NCBI GenBank assembly: GCA_050084985.1
Contig: JBITNC010000002.1
Coordinates: 9,858,001 to 9,922,000 of the forward strand
DNA length: 64,000 bases
Reading direction: 5' to 3'
From: Nageia nagi
Taxonomy: Eukaryota; Plantae; Pinophyta
Below are positions 1 through 13,453 of the stretch, in pieces. The position numbers and the translations under genes were made by a program. The notes under the pieces are model-generated. The model ran no database searches. It saw only the letters and a program-made list of their open reading frames with translations, and was not told the origin of the DNA. Each line of letters starts with the position of its first letter. Position 1 is the first letter of the stretch.

Positions 1-340
1 AATCATAATATTATGATTGTAAGGGCAAGGCTTGATTTTGCATTACTATTAGGATTAGGGTTAGTATATTATAAATAGGTAGAAGTGTGTGGAGAATTGC
101 ATCTTGAACATTATTTTTCACTTTTGGAGTTGTAAGGAGCTAGCCCCCTTGAAGTAGCCTATGATTTTATTACTATTTAGTAAAATCCTATCCTTATCTG
201 CTTATTGTTGCTATTTTGTGTTCTATTTATCAATGCATGCTCTATTATTTCCATTAGATTAGTTGTCATTTTCCTATTTCAAATTGATATTCATTATATT
301 TCTACAATATTTCCCTTTTCATACTTGTAACATCGTAACA
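1..340 (+). mobile_element. Probable 3' part of an old LTR, truncated by the window edge
   Basis: TATA-like TATTATAAATAGG at about 67-79, T-rich U5-like stretch, ends in TGTAACA/GTAACA; no partner LTR in the window. Confidence 0.3.
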
Positions 341-983
341 AATACTATTCAATTATATTGGCCCACATAAATAAATATAAACCAATTATAGTGGGAATGA
401 GGCCCTCCATGCTTTTGCATGATCAAATTTTTATCTTGTTTTCTTGCCCAAAATACAAGCTTCACAAATAGATTTTGGGATCTTAAACAAGAGGCAAACC
501 ATGAACAAGATCATGAGATAGCTTTAATATTTTGAAATTTAAGTGGTCAAATCTAAGATACCACAACTAAGACATTTCATTCATAGCCACATTTGTGAGA
601 ATATTGTCCCCTTTATCTCCAAGCTTCAATGGAAATAACCTATTGTATATCATATGAACAATAATAACATGCTTGTTCCCATGATTCTTGTTAAAAAATA
701 TCATATTTTCTATCCTCAAAAACTAGCTTGTAGTTGTTCTCCATAATTTTCCCAACACTAAGTAAGCTATGAACCATATCCAAAGTGTGATAAATATCCT
801 ACATCTTCTACATTCCATGCTTGGTAGGAAATTCAACAATCCCTTTACTAGCCATGTTTATGGAATTATTATTTCCAAGCTTAATGCTTAACCTATAAGA
901 ATGATTAATGGAAAAGAGAAGCTCCTCCTTTCCATTCATATGTTTTGAGCAACCAGTGTCCAACAACCAAGTCTCTTCTTGGA

Positions 984-1500
984 TCAATTATTTCTAATAA
1001 TATTAAATATAACTATATTAGTAATAATCCAAAGTATATAAGATATGCAAATGTAAATACTTATATTTTTGGATCATATATATTCGATAAATAACAACTT
1101 TATTGAGAAAGAGATTTAGAAAGTTAAATACCTATCATCTTATCTTAATGATTAAAGTCAAATATAGATTAGAACTTATCAATAATGCATATCTTAAACA
1201 TCTGAACCTTTTATATAAATGAGATAAAATTATCTGCATTTGTGCTCATATTGGATATGGAATTTATTCTCAAGGTAATATTCATGCTAGGATCCTTATA
1301 ACTTAATATTTGTAAGAAATATATAATAATAATACAATAATTAACAAGCCTAATCTAGCATATAGTATCAAATAGCATAGTAATAAAGCTAATTTTATAT
1401 CAAATCTCAATCTTAATAGATGGTGTTGAAGAATGCCTAAAAAGAGTAGTTGAGTGTAACTATTGATATAAAGATCTGATAGTCTTGTTGGAGAATTGAC
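984..1500. repeat. Left arm of a long inverted repeat (partners 4670-4850 and 15415-15746)
   Basis: CTAGGATCCTTATAACTTAA (~1288) is the near reverse complement of TTAAGTTATAGGGATCCTAG (~15424); AACAAGCCTAATCTAGC (~1343) is the reverse complement of GCTAGATTAGGCTTGTT (~4815). Confidence 0.75.
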
Positions 1501-3129
1501 ACTTATCATGAGCTCATTTTTTGAGCTTCTATATTTTACTGTCCATCTAGTAACTTGCAGATCGACTAGTTCCAATCAAAAGCTACCCGATCGACCCCCA
1601 AACTTATCAACCATTTCCCATCCAACTGATTTGACCTAACCAACCAACCTACAATCCACTGAGTATGATTAGACAAAAAATTCTTTCATAACTCCAAATC
1701 TTGAAGGCATTTTTACTTTTTTATTTTAATGCATTTCTTATGCTTTTCCATATCACCCATTCGACAAGTGTAGCTTGTTGGTTTTAGTTACTAGGAATTT
1801 GTAAGCTTTGTATCAATAGTTAGATTCTACTTTCTAGTATGGCATTATTCTCTTTCAATTATACAACTCTCACATTTGAAGAGTGTATGAAGATTCATTC
1901 TTAAACTTCATCTTATGTAATTTCATTTTTCATTAATAGAACATTATTCCTATTTAGTTCCTCAATTATTTTACATTATTTGTCCATTTTTTACAATATT
2001 ATTTGTTTATTTGAATCCTGTTGGATTCATCATTTGTTATTAGAGCTTTGTTGGGTGCAAGTTGGGCTTGAGAAAGCCTATGGATTCTAGCAAATTTGAT
2101 ATGAAAAGAAGACAAAAGCATCTAAATCATTTATGCATTATGTTTAAATCCAAAACCCTATGATTTGGATGTAAATTATAAATAATTTGATCATGAAAAT
2201 CAAATTACACTTGACATAAATAATACAAAGATATTATAAAACTTACAATGTGTGTAGAAACCCTTTTATGATGTAGAAGGAATTCCTAATGATTTTCTTT
2301 CTTAGTCAGTTTCATCCTGAGCGAGTTAGGGCCAAAAAATCTAATTAATGGGGGTAAATAAACATCTCAATGAGTATAAGTACTCATTTAAAACCTTTGA
2401 TATCTTACAAAATTATTAAACAACTTGTTCACATCAGTTTGCAAAACACAAATGGCAATTGTGATGAAAAGATCTCAATTTTTAGTTTATAAAATAAAAA
2501 TAGGATACAAAAATTGAGATGCAATGGAATACATTAATTTATTCATGCAAAAAATATAAATTTTATAAAAATGGTCATATCCATTGAAAGAAAAGCATCC
2601 TCTTTGAATTTTGTGAGTTATTTATGCTATAATATTAGCATAGGCACTAACAATAGTGTCCATGCCTAAGGTGGCCTTAGTGCTAAAATGTTTAGTGTAT
2701 TTTTGGATAAGTTGAGCATTTTAGAAGAAGATCATATTCATATGTGTTAGATATCAATTTAAATTATGACAAAAGGTAGTATCATATATTCATAGTTAAA
2801 GATAAGAATTCTAATTTTTTTTTATGATTGTGCTTGGTGTCAATGTTATTAGTAGTGTTAGAATAGGGGCATTTTACAGTTGGGTTTAAAATTTAGGACC
2901 TAGGGGCATACCCTATGGCATTTTTATGGGAAAAATGTTTATCACTTAATCCTTTATGATTATGTTGTTATGATCAATTATGATGATATGATATGGACAT
3001 TTATATTTAAAATTTTAATATACTTTTTATGGGTTATGAAAATAAATCAATCATTTATGTGGATATGGACTTTATGATCTTATGGTTTGTATAATCTTAT
3101 GATATTTATGATCTTTTTCTACCTCTACT

Positions 3130-3860
3130 AGCATTGAAAGTGAGAGTAGCACTCATGTTTGGTATGTTTCTATAGTCATTATTGGGTGGACATATAAATA
3201 ATCATCACCCCTTTATGCTTCCTTTCATGTTCATGTTGGGGATTGTTATAGGTCCTTATTGGGTGGATGATGTAAATAAACGTCACTTTTTTTGATTCTA
3301 CTAGTGTTGATACTAAGAGTAGCAACCATTCTTATGCATGTTTGGATAGTTCTTGTTGGGTTTATGTATAAATAACTATCAAAATTTATCATACGACCAC
3401 AAATGGGGCATTCTTTACTTCCATGATGATAATTTAATACTAAAAAACTAATATAATGAAGAAAACTATGTGCAATATCACAAATAGATTATATTGAATA
3501 ATAAATGTTTAAAAAATAAATGGAAAATATATAAAAAATAAAATCCTTAAGTACTTTGAGGAAGAAACCTCCTACTCTCATTTTAGTTAGTAATAAACAT
3601 ATAACTTCACAAATTATGATTACGAACATACCCATGTTAGGTGTATGTATAAATAATTGTCAAACTTTATTAGACCTCCACAAATGGGGTATTTTTTTCT
3701 TCCATGATGATGGGAATCAATGTTTTAATGCATGTTTGGATAGTCCTTGGTTGGTGTATGTATAAATAACTATCAAAATTTATTATACATCCACAAATGG
3801 GGCATTACTTGCTTCCATGATGATGGGCATTCATGATTGGGGCATCTTTTTATTTTCATG
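3130..3860. repeat. Degenerate ~110-bp repeats
   Basis: Recurring unit GCATGTTTGGATAG...TATGTATAAATAACTATCAAAATTTAT...CCACAAATGGGGCATT...CTTCCATGATGAT at ~3336, ~3636 and ~3730, with weaker copies from 3130. Confidence 0.75.
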
Positions 3861-4669
3861 ATTATCTTACCCTCATATTTTATGAGCATATTAATTTGTT
3901 GGTTGGTTATAAACTAACCATCAATTTTATTATTCCCCATCTAATTATATATTTTCCTCTATGAATCAGGTATTAGGTCATACTATGAAAATATATAACT
4001 ATGAAGAGAGTACTTTTTTCTTCCATGATGATGTATGAATATTATATTGATTTCATCATGTCTCTTTATTATTATATATTTTAATATGGAATTTTATTGC
4101 ATAAGTACATGAATGGGATGCTTAGTTGTACTATGAAGATGATTATTTATGAATAGGAAATTGAGTATTTCCATGATGATATTATACATACATATGATGT
4201 TGATTACTCCTCTAATTATTACTACTATATCTTTAAGTAATAATCATATATATGTTTTGGAAGATGTTATTTTTTGTCTCTCCTTTTATAGGTTATTCTT
4301 TGCATGTGATTATTTCAATTGGTTAAGGAGGTTACCTCTTCACAATCAATGCATAGAGGGGGAAATAAATATTATTAAACTTAGATAATCTGAGAGCTTC
4401 AAAAGAGGAACAAGAGACTATTATTTCTTCTCTCTTTTTCTTTTTCCTTTGCAAATATAATTACATTGCATTTCATTAAATTTGAAAATAGGCTATTTAT
4501 TGATACTTAATTAAGTATGGATTTATATTATATCATTACATGTTATATCTTATAATGGACCATTATGAATATTTTCTCATGTACCTTTTCTCTCTTTTGT
4601 GCAAGGTATCCTAACGTTGGCCTTAACCTATAGCCATGTATTATAGGAGTTTTCTTGCCTTTAAATGAA

Positions 4670-4850
4670 GGACTAATCTACATGATGAGGTTATTAGATC
4701 TTTATCTTGATAATATAAGTCAACTACTACTTTTAAGTGTTCTTCAACACTACCTATTACAATTGAGATTTATTATTGCATAATATCTTTCATCTTGCTA
4801 TTTTGCTATTATGTGCTAGATTAGGCTTGTTGATATTTATAATACTATTT
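4670..4850. repeat. Inner part of the right inverted-repeat arm (matches 1335-1500 reversed)
   Basis: TTCTTCAACAC, ATTGAGATTT and GCTAGATTAGGCTTGTT occur in the order expected for the reverse complement of 1335-1500. Confidence 0.7.
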
Positions 4851-6317
4851 GATTTTTGATAGGCAATCATTGGAAGCATATGGCTTACTTAGATTCTTAA
4901 ATATAGATTTTAAAATATTTCCATTTATCTTTATTCTCTCCATGTTCTTAATATGCAACAATATTAAATTATAACTAATAGAGAATGCACATCCACATAA
5001 AGAACACAAGTATTTATAGAGGTTCCTCTCAATGTGAGAGCACATCCCCTTTCAATATCTAATTTTATTATTGATCAACAATTTTGGAAGTTAAAACATA
5101 AAGTTGTATGTTATGCCTTTCTTTGGAAATTCATACAACTTCTTCATGCTTTCTTATGATATTCTTAGCCCCTTTTGATCAACCATTTGAATCAATTGTA
5201 CATAATATTGTCCAAGCTGACAATGTTTAGTACAACTCAAAACTATATTTTCCACTACTGCAATGGCATTTGCATCCTTCCTTCTCTATAACTATGATGT
5301 CAAAATTGTTCCTTTCATAGTGTTTTCATATTTGGTTTTAGTATCAATTTTATCCCATGATCCTAGCTCTATTCTCCCAATATCTTTCCGGTGAGTGCTC
5401 TCAATAACTAGCTAAGAGAATTCTAAAAGCTTCTTAGATCATTATTTCAAGAAAACAAGAAGGTTTCTCTACCCAATATCTTCCTCTAAGAGTATAATGA
5501 GCATTTGGTATTACATACATGTATTGGAATCATATATCATACCTCCCACAAATATAATATGCTCCCACATAATGCTATTACCACTACAACACTATGAGGT
5601 CTATGAATATAATAATAAATAAATAACATAGAATGAATTTGATATTGTTCACCCTACACTAAGGTTATTACATTGCATATTGATCAGCAAGCTATGATGT
5701 TTTCCATCCAACCAGTAGCATCCATGATTATAATGAGAAGAAGAAGATCATTGAATACTTGCTCCACATTATTGGATTCCTATTCACATCATAACAATCT
5801 CTTCAATATAAGTATTTTTTCACTAATAGTAGCAAGGTATGCTCTAAAAATGATAGCATTCTTCCATATAAGTGGCTACCTCCTTTTCCTCACAATGTTC
5901 ACCAATATATTTTTACTCTTTTCTTCTCCTCTTCTCTTTTTCCCCAAATAATCCTTAAGGATTCACTTTCAGTTTTCAAACCTACATCTTTTCCTTTTGA
6001 TGACCTTTTTATTCATCCCCCTCCATGAGGCGTTGTTGATGCTTCAACTTCCCTGAGGTTCCATTATTCACATGATGTTGATGCTCTATTTTTACTATTA
6101 GCATAGTGTGGATGCTCTAACTATAGTATTTTGGATAAGGAATATTCTCATGAAAACATTTCTTATGAAGGTCAAATATTCCATGAAGGTATGCATTGTA
6201 TACTCATTAGAAAGGTATCTTTGATGAACATCTAATGCAAAAAGAATCAACTCAATTTGATATCTCTATAAAATGGCATACCTTCCACAAGATGAATAAT
6301 ATATTTTATGACATGTT

Positions 6318-8143
6318 TGTTGGACTTCGAGTGACACTGAGAGGGGGGGGTGAATCAGTGTATATAAAAATAATCAATTTAAGCTTCATAAATAAAGATA
6401 GATTAAAAGCCAGAGAAAAATTGAGCAAGCACACCAAGTACATCACACAACACCAGATATAACGAGGTTCACCAGATTGGCTACATCCCCGAACATGACT
6501 GCTTGGACTCCAATCCAAATCTAGTCATTAAAGAAAGCTTATAGATTCACAGCACCAACTGTGAAGGGTAGCACCAACTACCACTTTAAATATAGCAGCA
6601 CCTACTACTTGGAGCACCAACTCTAGCTATCAAGCACCTACTTGATACAACATTCAAAAAGGAGGAAGGAATACAGTTCTAGAAGACCCTCAATGGTCTA
6701 GCTCTAATGCTCATTGTTTGATCTCTGCACACAGCTCCAAAGTAACATAGTTAAACAATCACTATCCTCACTGCATATTCATTTGCTCACTTCACATACT
6801 TCGGATACTCCCCTCTTCCATGCTCTTCCCTCTCCACTACACACTACACTATTCACCCTTCTCTCCACGCTCGTATTTCACACCTTCTTCGATCCACTCT
6901 TCACATACATTCCTACAAACTGTTACACATCAAGAAAACCCCTCAAAAAATTATTCCTATCATCACACGTTATCAAAAACAAACTAAAAAGGAATCTTTA
7001 TTTGTAACTGCTCCTACACTAAGAGAGTTCACTATCTGAGACTGCAATTGCTATAACTAATGAATGCACCTCTTGCTCAAACAGAGTTGTTTAGATAAGT
7101 GTAGCTCTTTCTCCACTGATTTCGAAGATTTGATAGTATCTGATTTTTAGTTCTGAGGTATCTACATGGCCTACTAGCTTACCAGATCTTTATTGTATTC
7201 ACCATGATGTCATCATCTCCGGACTCCAGAAGAGAGTTCCAAGGTATCTACGTGGCATTCTAGACTTTTCAACACCAACTACTAACATCATCTTCTTTGG
7301 ACTCTGAACGTAGAGTAAAATGCTTCCCATGATGTCCACACCATGATGTCATCATCTCTGGACTCCAGAAGAGAGTTCCAAGTTATCTGTGTGACCTTCC
7401 AGACTTTTCAACACTAACTGCTAACATCATCTTCTCGCTTCCGGAATGCTCTACTCACTTTCTTTGAAACCCAATTTTTTCACAATTGAGCTTTTATCAT
7501 TTCATTCCAAAATGCTTAATCTACTGACTTCGGCCTTTTTAATCACCCCTTGCTGACCTCATCCTCTCTGGAACCCAATTTCATTCAAAAATGTGAACGT
7601 TGTTCTTCTCGTGACATCATCTCTTCCCTTTGGAATGTTTTACTCATTGGCACAGGCTATTTGATTGCTCCTTGCTGACCTCATCACTTTTGGGCTCTAG
7701 TTTTGGGTTAAGGCTCGAAATCACTGACATCATTTCTTCTAGAGTGCTTTATTTACTCACCCTAACTTTTCAATTCACCTTGCTGACTTCATCACTTCTG
7801 GAACCTAGTCTGGAACACTTTATTTACTAACCCTAGCTTTTCAATTCTCCTTGCTGACTTCATCACTTCCAGAACCTGGTCCGGAATGCTTTATTTACTA
7901 ACCCCAACTTTTCAATTCTCCTTGCTGACTTCATCACTTTTGGAACCCGGTCTGGAATGCTTTATTTACTAACCCTAAATTTTCAATTCTCCTTGCTGAC
8001 TTCATCACTTTTGGAACCTGGTCCGAAATGCTTTATTTACTAACCCTAGCTTTTTAATTCTTCTTGCTAACTTCATCTCTTCCGAAACCCAATCTTTACC
8101 AAAACCACGTGTTGACAACAATGACAAACACACATGCTCAACA
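6318..8143 (-). repeat. 3' LTR of the copia element
   Basis: TGTTGGAC...GCTCAACA on the + strand; direct repeat of 13454-15278 (about 11 differences counted in the first ~250 bp). Confidence 0.96.
7740..8095. repeat. ~71-bp tandem array (about 5 copies) in the LTR U3 region; also at ~14880-15230
   Basis: Unit GAACCTGGTCCGGAATGCTTTATTTACTAACCCCAGCTTTTCAATTCTCCTTGCTGACTTCATCACTTCCA starting at 7801, 7872 and 7943. Confidence 0.9.
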
Positions 8144-8313
8144 ATCTCCCCCTTTGGAATTGTTGGCAACACCACTTGATCAGACACCAGCATTGGGACT
8201 TTTCTCTCCCCCTTTGTCAACAATAACAAAGGGCATTTACAGACTCCCCCTGAGTCCATGCATGACATTCTCAGAAGCAATATAGGAAGGAAAAAAAAAT
8301 AAACACTCCCCCT
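8144..8313 (-). other. Polypurine tract plus three upstream PPT copies
   Basis: CTCCCCCT (AGGGGGAG on minus) at 8146, 8206, 8244 and 8306; the first abuts the LTR. Confidence 0.9.
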
Positions 8314-8336
8314 GAGAATGTGATGTCCAGAACTAG

Positions 8337-11300
8337 CTAATGCTGGGGAAGGACAACAACTCCTAGCTTGTTTCGAAGATGTCTTTGGGTAAAGGCTTTG
8401 TAAAGATGTCTGCTACTTGCCCTGTGGTTGGAAAAAAATCCAACTGTACTTCTCCTTACGCCACTCTTTCTTTTAGAAAGTGATATCTAATTGCAATATG
8501 CTTTGTTCGTGAGTGCATAATAGGATTTTATGATATATTGATTGCACTTGTGTTATCACAAAGAACTGATATGGGCTCGTTAATCTATATACCAAAATAT
8601 TTTAGCATCTGCTTCATCCATAGAATCTGTGTGCAGCAAGAAGTTGCTACTATATACTCTACTTCTACTGTAAATAGGGATACTGGGTCTTGCTTTTTAC
8701 TATGCTAGCCAACAAGATTATTACCCAAATAAAATGCTCCTCTACTAGTGCTCTTCCTATCATCCATGCATCCTGCCCAGTCTGCATCTGAAAAGGCAAC
8801 AAGTGTAAAGTCCTTTCCTCTAGGATACCATAAACCATATTCTACTGTACCTTTGAGATATCTGAATATTCTCTTTACTGTAGTAACATGTGTTTCTTTG
8901 GGATTTGCTTGAAATCGAGCAACCATACATTCTACTTGAAGAATATCCGGTCTAGTAGCTGTCAAACATAATAAACTTCTAATCATTGACCTGTATTGTG
9001 TTTGATCTACTATTGGTGCTTTATCATCCTTGCTTAATTTGCAGCCTATCATCATAGGGGTGCTCACAGGTTTATAGTCTTCCATGGTAAACTTCATCAG
9101 CATCTCCTTAACATACTTGGTTTGAGAAATGAACATGCCATTCTTTAACTGATTGATTTGTAAGCCGAGAAAAAATGCAAGCTCACCTATCATAGACATC
9201 TCGAATTCTGTTTGCATGTTGTCAGCAAGATTTTTACATAGCTCATTCTTGCTTCCTCCAAAGATTATATCATCTACATAGACAACAACAATTAGTTGAT
9301 TTTCCTTTTCTGATTTAATGTATAAATTGCTATCCACCATTCCTTTTCTAAAGCCTTGCTGCTAAAGATATGTATCAAGTCTAGAGTACCATGCTCGAGG
9401 TGCCTGTTTTAAACCATACAGAGCCTTCTTTAGTTTGCATACCAGATTAGGATTCTCTCCCAATTGGAAACCATATGGCTGTTCAATATAGACTTCTTCC
9501 TCAATTTTGCCATTTAGAAAGGCTAATTTTACATCTATTTGATAAACTGTAAAGTCTTTATACACTGCAAAAGCTAAAAACATGTGAATAGCTTCTAATC
9601 TGGCCACAGGTGCAAAAGTTTCTTCAAAATCAATTCCTTCAACTTGAGCATATCCCTTGCAGACAAGTTTAGCTTTATTTCGAACCACTATCCCATCTTC
9701 ATTCAACTTATTGCGAAAAACCCACTTTGTGCCAATCACATTTTTGTTGGTTGGTCTAGGAACGAGTTCCCATGTTTCATTCTTTTCAATTTGAGTGAGT
9801 TCTTCCTCCATTGCTTTCATCCAGCTTTCATCTTGGCTAGCTTCTGAGACATTTTTAGGCTCTATATTGGATAGGAGAGAATAGGTGCGTGAAACCCCTT
9901 TGCGAGTTTGGATGCCTGTATGAAACTCACCGATGATTTGCTCTTATGGATGATCCTTGTGCCATGTTTTTGATGGAGTTTTTGAATTTTCATCTTCTTC
10001 CGCCTCATTTTCTGAAGCACTATTTAGGTTACTTGGCGAATTTGAATCTTTTGGTTTCTTTACTTGTGATTGCTGTACAAGAGGCTTAGATTTGTTTTTA
10101 TTCTTTTTGTCTTCTTCAATTGAATCTTGATAGGCAGGAAGATCATCATCATCATTTCTCTTGGGAAGATCTCTTTGCTCATCAACATGAACATCAGCAC
10201 TATCAATGATTGTTTTTGTCCTTTTATTGTAACACCTGTATGCTTTGCTCTTTGAAGAGTAACCAAGAAAGATACTTTCATCAAATCTATCCTCAAACAT
10301 TCCTAAATTTTCTTCTATTCTCTTGATATAGCATTTACTGCCAAAGATCTTGAAGTGCCTCACTGTAGCTCTTCTTCCAAACCATAATTCATATGGTGTT
10401 CTGTCCTCATGTGGTCGCATCATACATCTATTTTGAATATGCACTGCTTCTTTCTAGAACCTATTAGCAACCTTGCTTTCTATCAGCATGGTTCGAGCCA
10501 TTTCTTGTACTGCTCTATTTTTTCTTTCAACTACTCCATTTTGTTGTGGAGTTCTTGCTGCAGAGAATTGTCTTTTAATTCTGTGTTGTATGCAAAACTC
10601 AGTAAACTCATCAGAAGTGAACTCACCTCCTCTATCTGAGTGAAGACATTTAATTCTCCTCTCTATCTGATTTTCTACTTGATTTTTAAATGCTTTGAAC
10701 ATTTCAAAAGCTTCAGATTTATGTCTCAAAAATTACACCCAAGTCATTCTTGAATAATCATCTATGAACAGAATAAAATACTTATCTCCATTGACACTTT
10801 ATGTTCTCATTGGTCTGCATAGGTCGGTGTGTATGATTTCCAATGGTTTGCTTATGTGATATTCTTTCACTTTGAACTTTGCCTGAGTTTGCTTTCCCCT
10901 TTGGCATGAATCACAAATATCATTTGCTAGTATGTTGATACTGGGCATATCTCTTACTGCTCTTTTTGAGAAAATGTTCATCAAGTTTTTAAAATAGATG
11001 TGTCCCAATCTCTTATGCCATAGCCAATCATCACTCTCCTTGCCTAGAAGACATGATCCCTCTTAAATATCTGATAAGGTGTATAAATTACCATAGGTTC
11101 TTGTACCAACTACTACAAGTCTACCACTATTTGCCCTTCGGATCTCACAGCCATGCTTTTTGAAAATTACATCATGTCCTTTGTCACATATTTGACTGAT
11201 GCTCAGCAAATTATGCTTCAGTCCCACAACAAATAATACCTCTTCGGGTCTGATGTTGTCATCATTTATTTTGACTGTCCCTTTGCCGATAATCTGTGCA

Positions 11301-13389
11301 CCATCATTATTTCCAAATCTTACTGACCCACCTTCATATTCTTGTAGTTTTTGAAATTTCTTCTTGTCACCTGTCATGTGACTTGAGCATCCGTTGTCTA
11401 ATATCCATGGTGATGGTTTGTCTTGAGCTTTTAATGTTGTTTGAATGATTAAAGACTCTTTATCCTCTCTGAGTTTCTCCTTTTCTTTCCAGACTTGTTT
11501 TACTTTTATTTCAGCTTCTTATTTTTTATTATATTTTTCTTCTTCCTGTGGATGACTGCTCTAAAACTGTTTATTCTATCTTATGGAAGGAAATTTTCTC
11601 GTGGAAAGAACCTCATACCATGATTATTTCTATAGAGTCTGGCAATGTGTCCATACTCATGATAGTTGTAACACTCAACTGGATACTCCATTAGTGGGCC
11701 GAATGCATTCCTAGTAACAAAGGTTCTTAGAGCGATATTATACTTACATTCAGAAATTTTGTGTCCATAAGCATTGCATTTGAAATAGTATCTATTGAAG
11801 GGATGGATGTAGCTATTATATTGCTGAGTACTTCTTGGTCCTACATAGGGTCTTCTTCTAGAATGCACTTGAGTGAAGCCATCATCCTCCAGTCCTGAGC
11901 TATCTTCCTTCTTTTTGGTTTCTTTTATGTTTTCCCTTTTTAAGTCATTGGAAGATTATCCTTATTCATATCCTAGACTAGATTTATCAGAAAACATTCT
12001 TTATCTATTAATGATTTCGCTGAGTTTAGTCGACCTTCCTTCTAGATATTCAAAAGAGCTAATTTTCTTGGTGACTTCCTCTAGTTGCATACGTAGCCCA
12101 GTTATTTCTTCTTCAAGCTTACTGTAATTTTTAACTTTCACAAGAAGTCGTTCCTCCAAACTCTCATTTATCCTCTTAGATTCTTCCACTTCTATTTTTA
12201 AGTTTTCTATAATATTACTTGCATCATCAAACCTTTTTGAGAGTTTCTTATTTTTCTTTATTTCTTTATTCAGTTCATTCAATGCTGTTATTAGTTCTTC
12301 TTCAAGATCAATCTCAATCTCACAGTCATTTTCTTCATCTGTCTCTTCCTTTTTATGTTATTGGTCATTTTGATTATCTTCATTCAGTTTCTCTTCAAAT
12401 GCCATAAATAATGCTCCATTGTATTCTTTTTCTGATTCATTACTGGAATCATCATCAGTGGAGCCTTCATTTCTAGATATGAAGCTCTATCTATTTGACC
12501 TTCTATTTCGAGCATGAGATTTCATTTTGTGGTTTTTCTCAAAATATGATTCTTGATCATCTTTATCAATTTTTCTATATGAACATTTTGAAATGAAATG
12601 ACCAATACCACCACAGTTAAAACATTTAAACGGTAGCTTGCCTTTATATTCACCTTTTCCCCTTGTTAGCTTTCTAACAAAATTTACTTCTGCTTCATCA
12701 GATTGTTCCTCATCGTCAGAATCTATTTTGGCTTTGGTACTGTTATTGGCTTTAAATGCTACTTCATTTTCTGAATGTTTTGCTTTTCTGATCCTCATTT
12801 CATAAGCAGTCAGCGATCCATGCATTTCATCCATGCTGAAAGTTTTCAAATTTTTTGCTTCTTCAATAGCAAACACCTTTGAATCAAAGCGAGATGTGAG
12901 AGATCGCAGTACCTTTTTCACGATGACATGATCTTCAATTTCTTCTCCAAGACCTCTGATTGCAATAGTAATTTCATTTACTCTCAACATGTATGCTTCG
13001 ATGGTTTCATCTTCATTCATCTTTAGAACTTCGAATTGAGCTCTATGAGTTTGGAGTTTTGCTTCCTTGACTTTATCATCTCCTTCGTGAATGCTCTTCA
13101 ACTTATTCCATATTTCTTTTGTAGATTTGCATGCCATAACTTTCACTAGTTCACTGTCCACAAGACCACACATTAGGGCATTTCTTGCTTTTGCATCACA
13201 TTCAAATGCCTTTCTTTCTGCTTCATCTGATGGACCTATAGGGGGAGGAGTGTAACCCCTTTTAACAGCATCCCAAGTACCAAAACCCAATGCATTGAGA
13301 TAAGTCTTCATTCGAATTTTCTAGAAAGCATAATTGGTTCCATCAAAGAGAGGTGCCTTGTTAGATGAGAAACCTTCTCCGCTTGCCAT
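8337..13389 (-). pseudogene. gag-pol: Disrupted copia gag-pol: extended Gag with CCHC knuckles and coiled coil, protease, integrase, RT, RNase H
   Basis: MASGEGFSSNKAPLFDGTNYAF*KIRMKTYL; CFNCGGIGHFISKC; WILDNGCSSHMTG; SDRGGEF...TPQQNGVVERKNR; KARLV-like [26 protein letters not shown]; YVDDII; DADWAG; ADIFTKPL. Several premature stops and frameshifts. Confidence 0.95.
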
Positions 13390-13439
13390 AGTGCCACTAC
13401 CAGGATCTCCTTAGCTGTTATAGCCTAAGTAGGAACGTG

Positions 13440-13451
13440 GCTCTGATACCA
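13440..13451 (-). other. Primer-binding site (initiator tRNA-Met)
   Basis: GCTCTGATACCA = TGGTATCAGAGC on minus, 2 nt from the 5' LTR. Confidence 0.95.
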
Positions 13452-13453
13452 AT

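Noticed and set aside
340-980. Gypsy pol remnant on the minus strand
   Set aside because: Composition is suggestive but no diagnostic motif could be read with confidence
3330-3860. CRISPR-like repeat-spacer array
   Set aside because: Units are ~110 bp, degenerate and irregularly spaced; eukaryotic context; no cas genes
4850-6312. Separate small LTR element (PPT-like GAAAGGGGATGTG on minus at ~5041-5053)
   Set aside because: Probably decayed retroelement sequence, but no second LTR, TSD or convincing domain could be read
6235-7830. ORFs duplicated at 13411-14662 as paralogous genes
   Set aside because: They lie within the two LTRs and differ in frame and stops between copies
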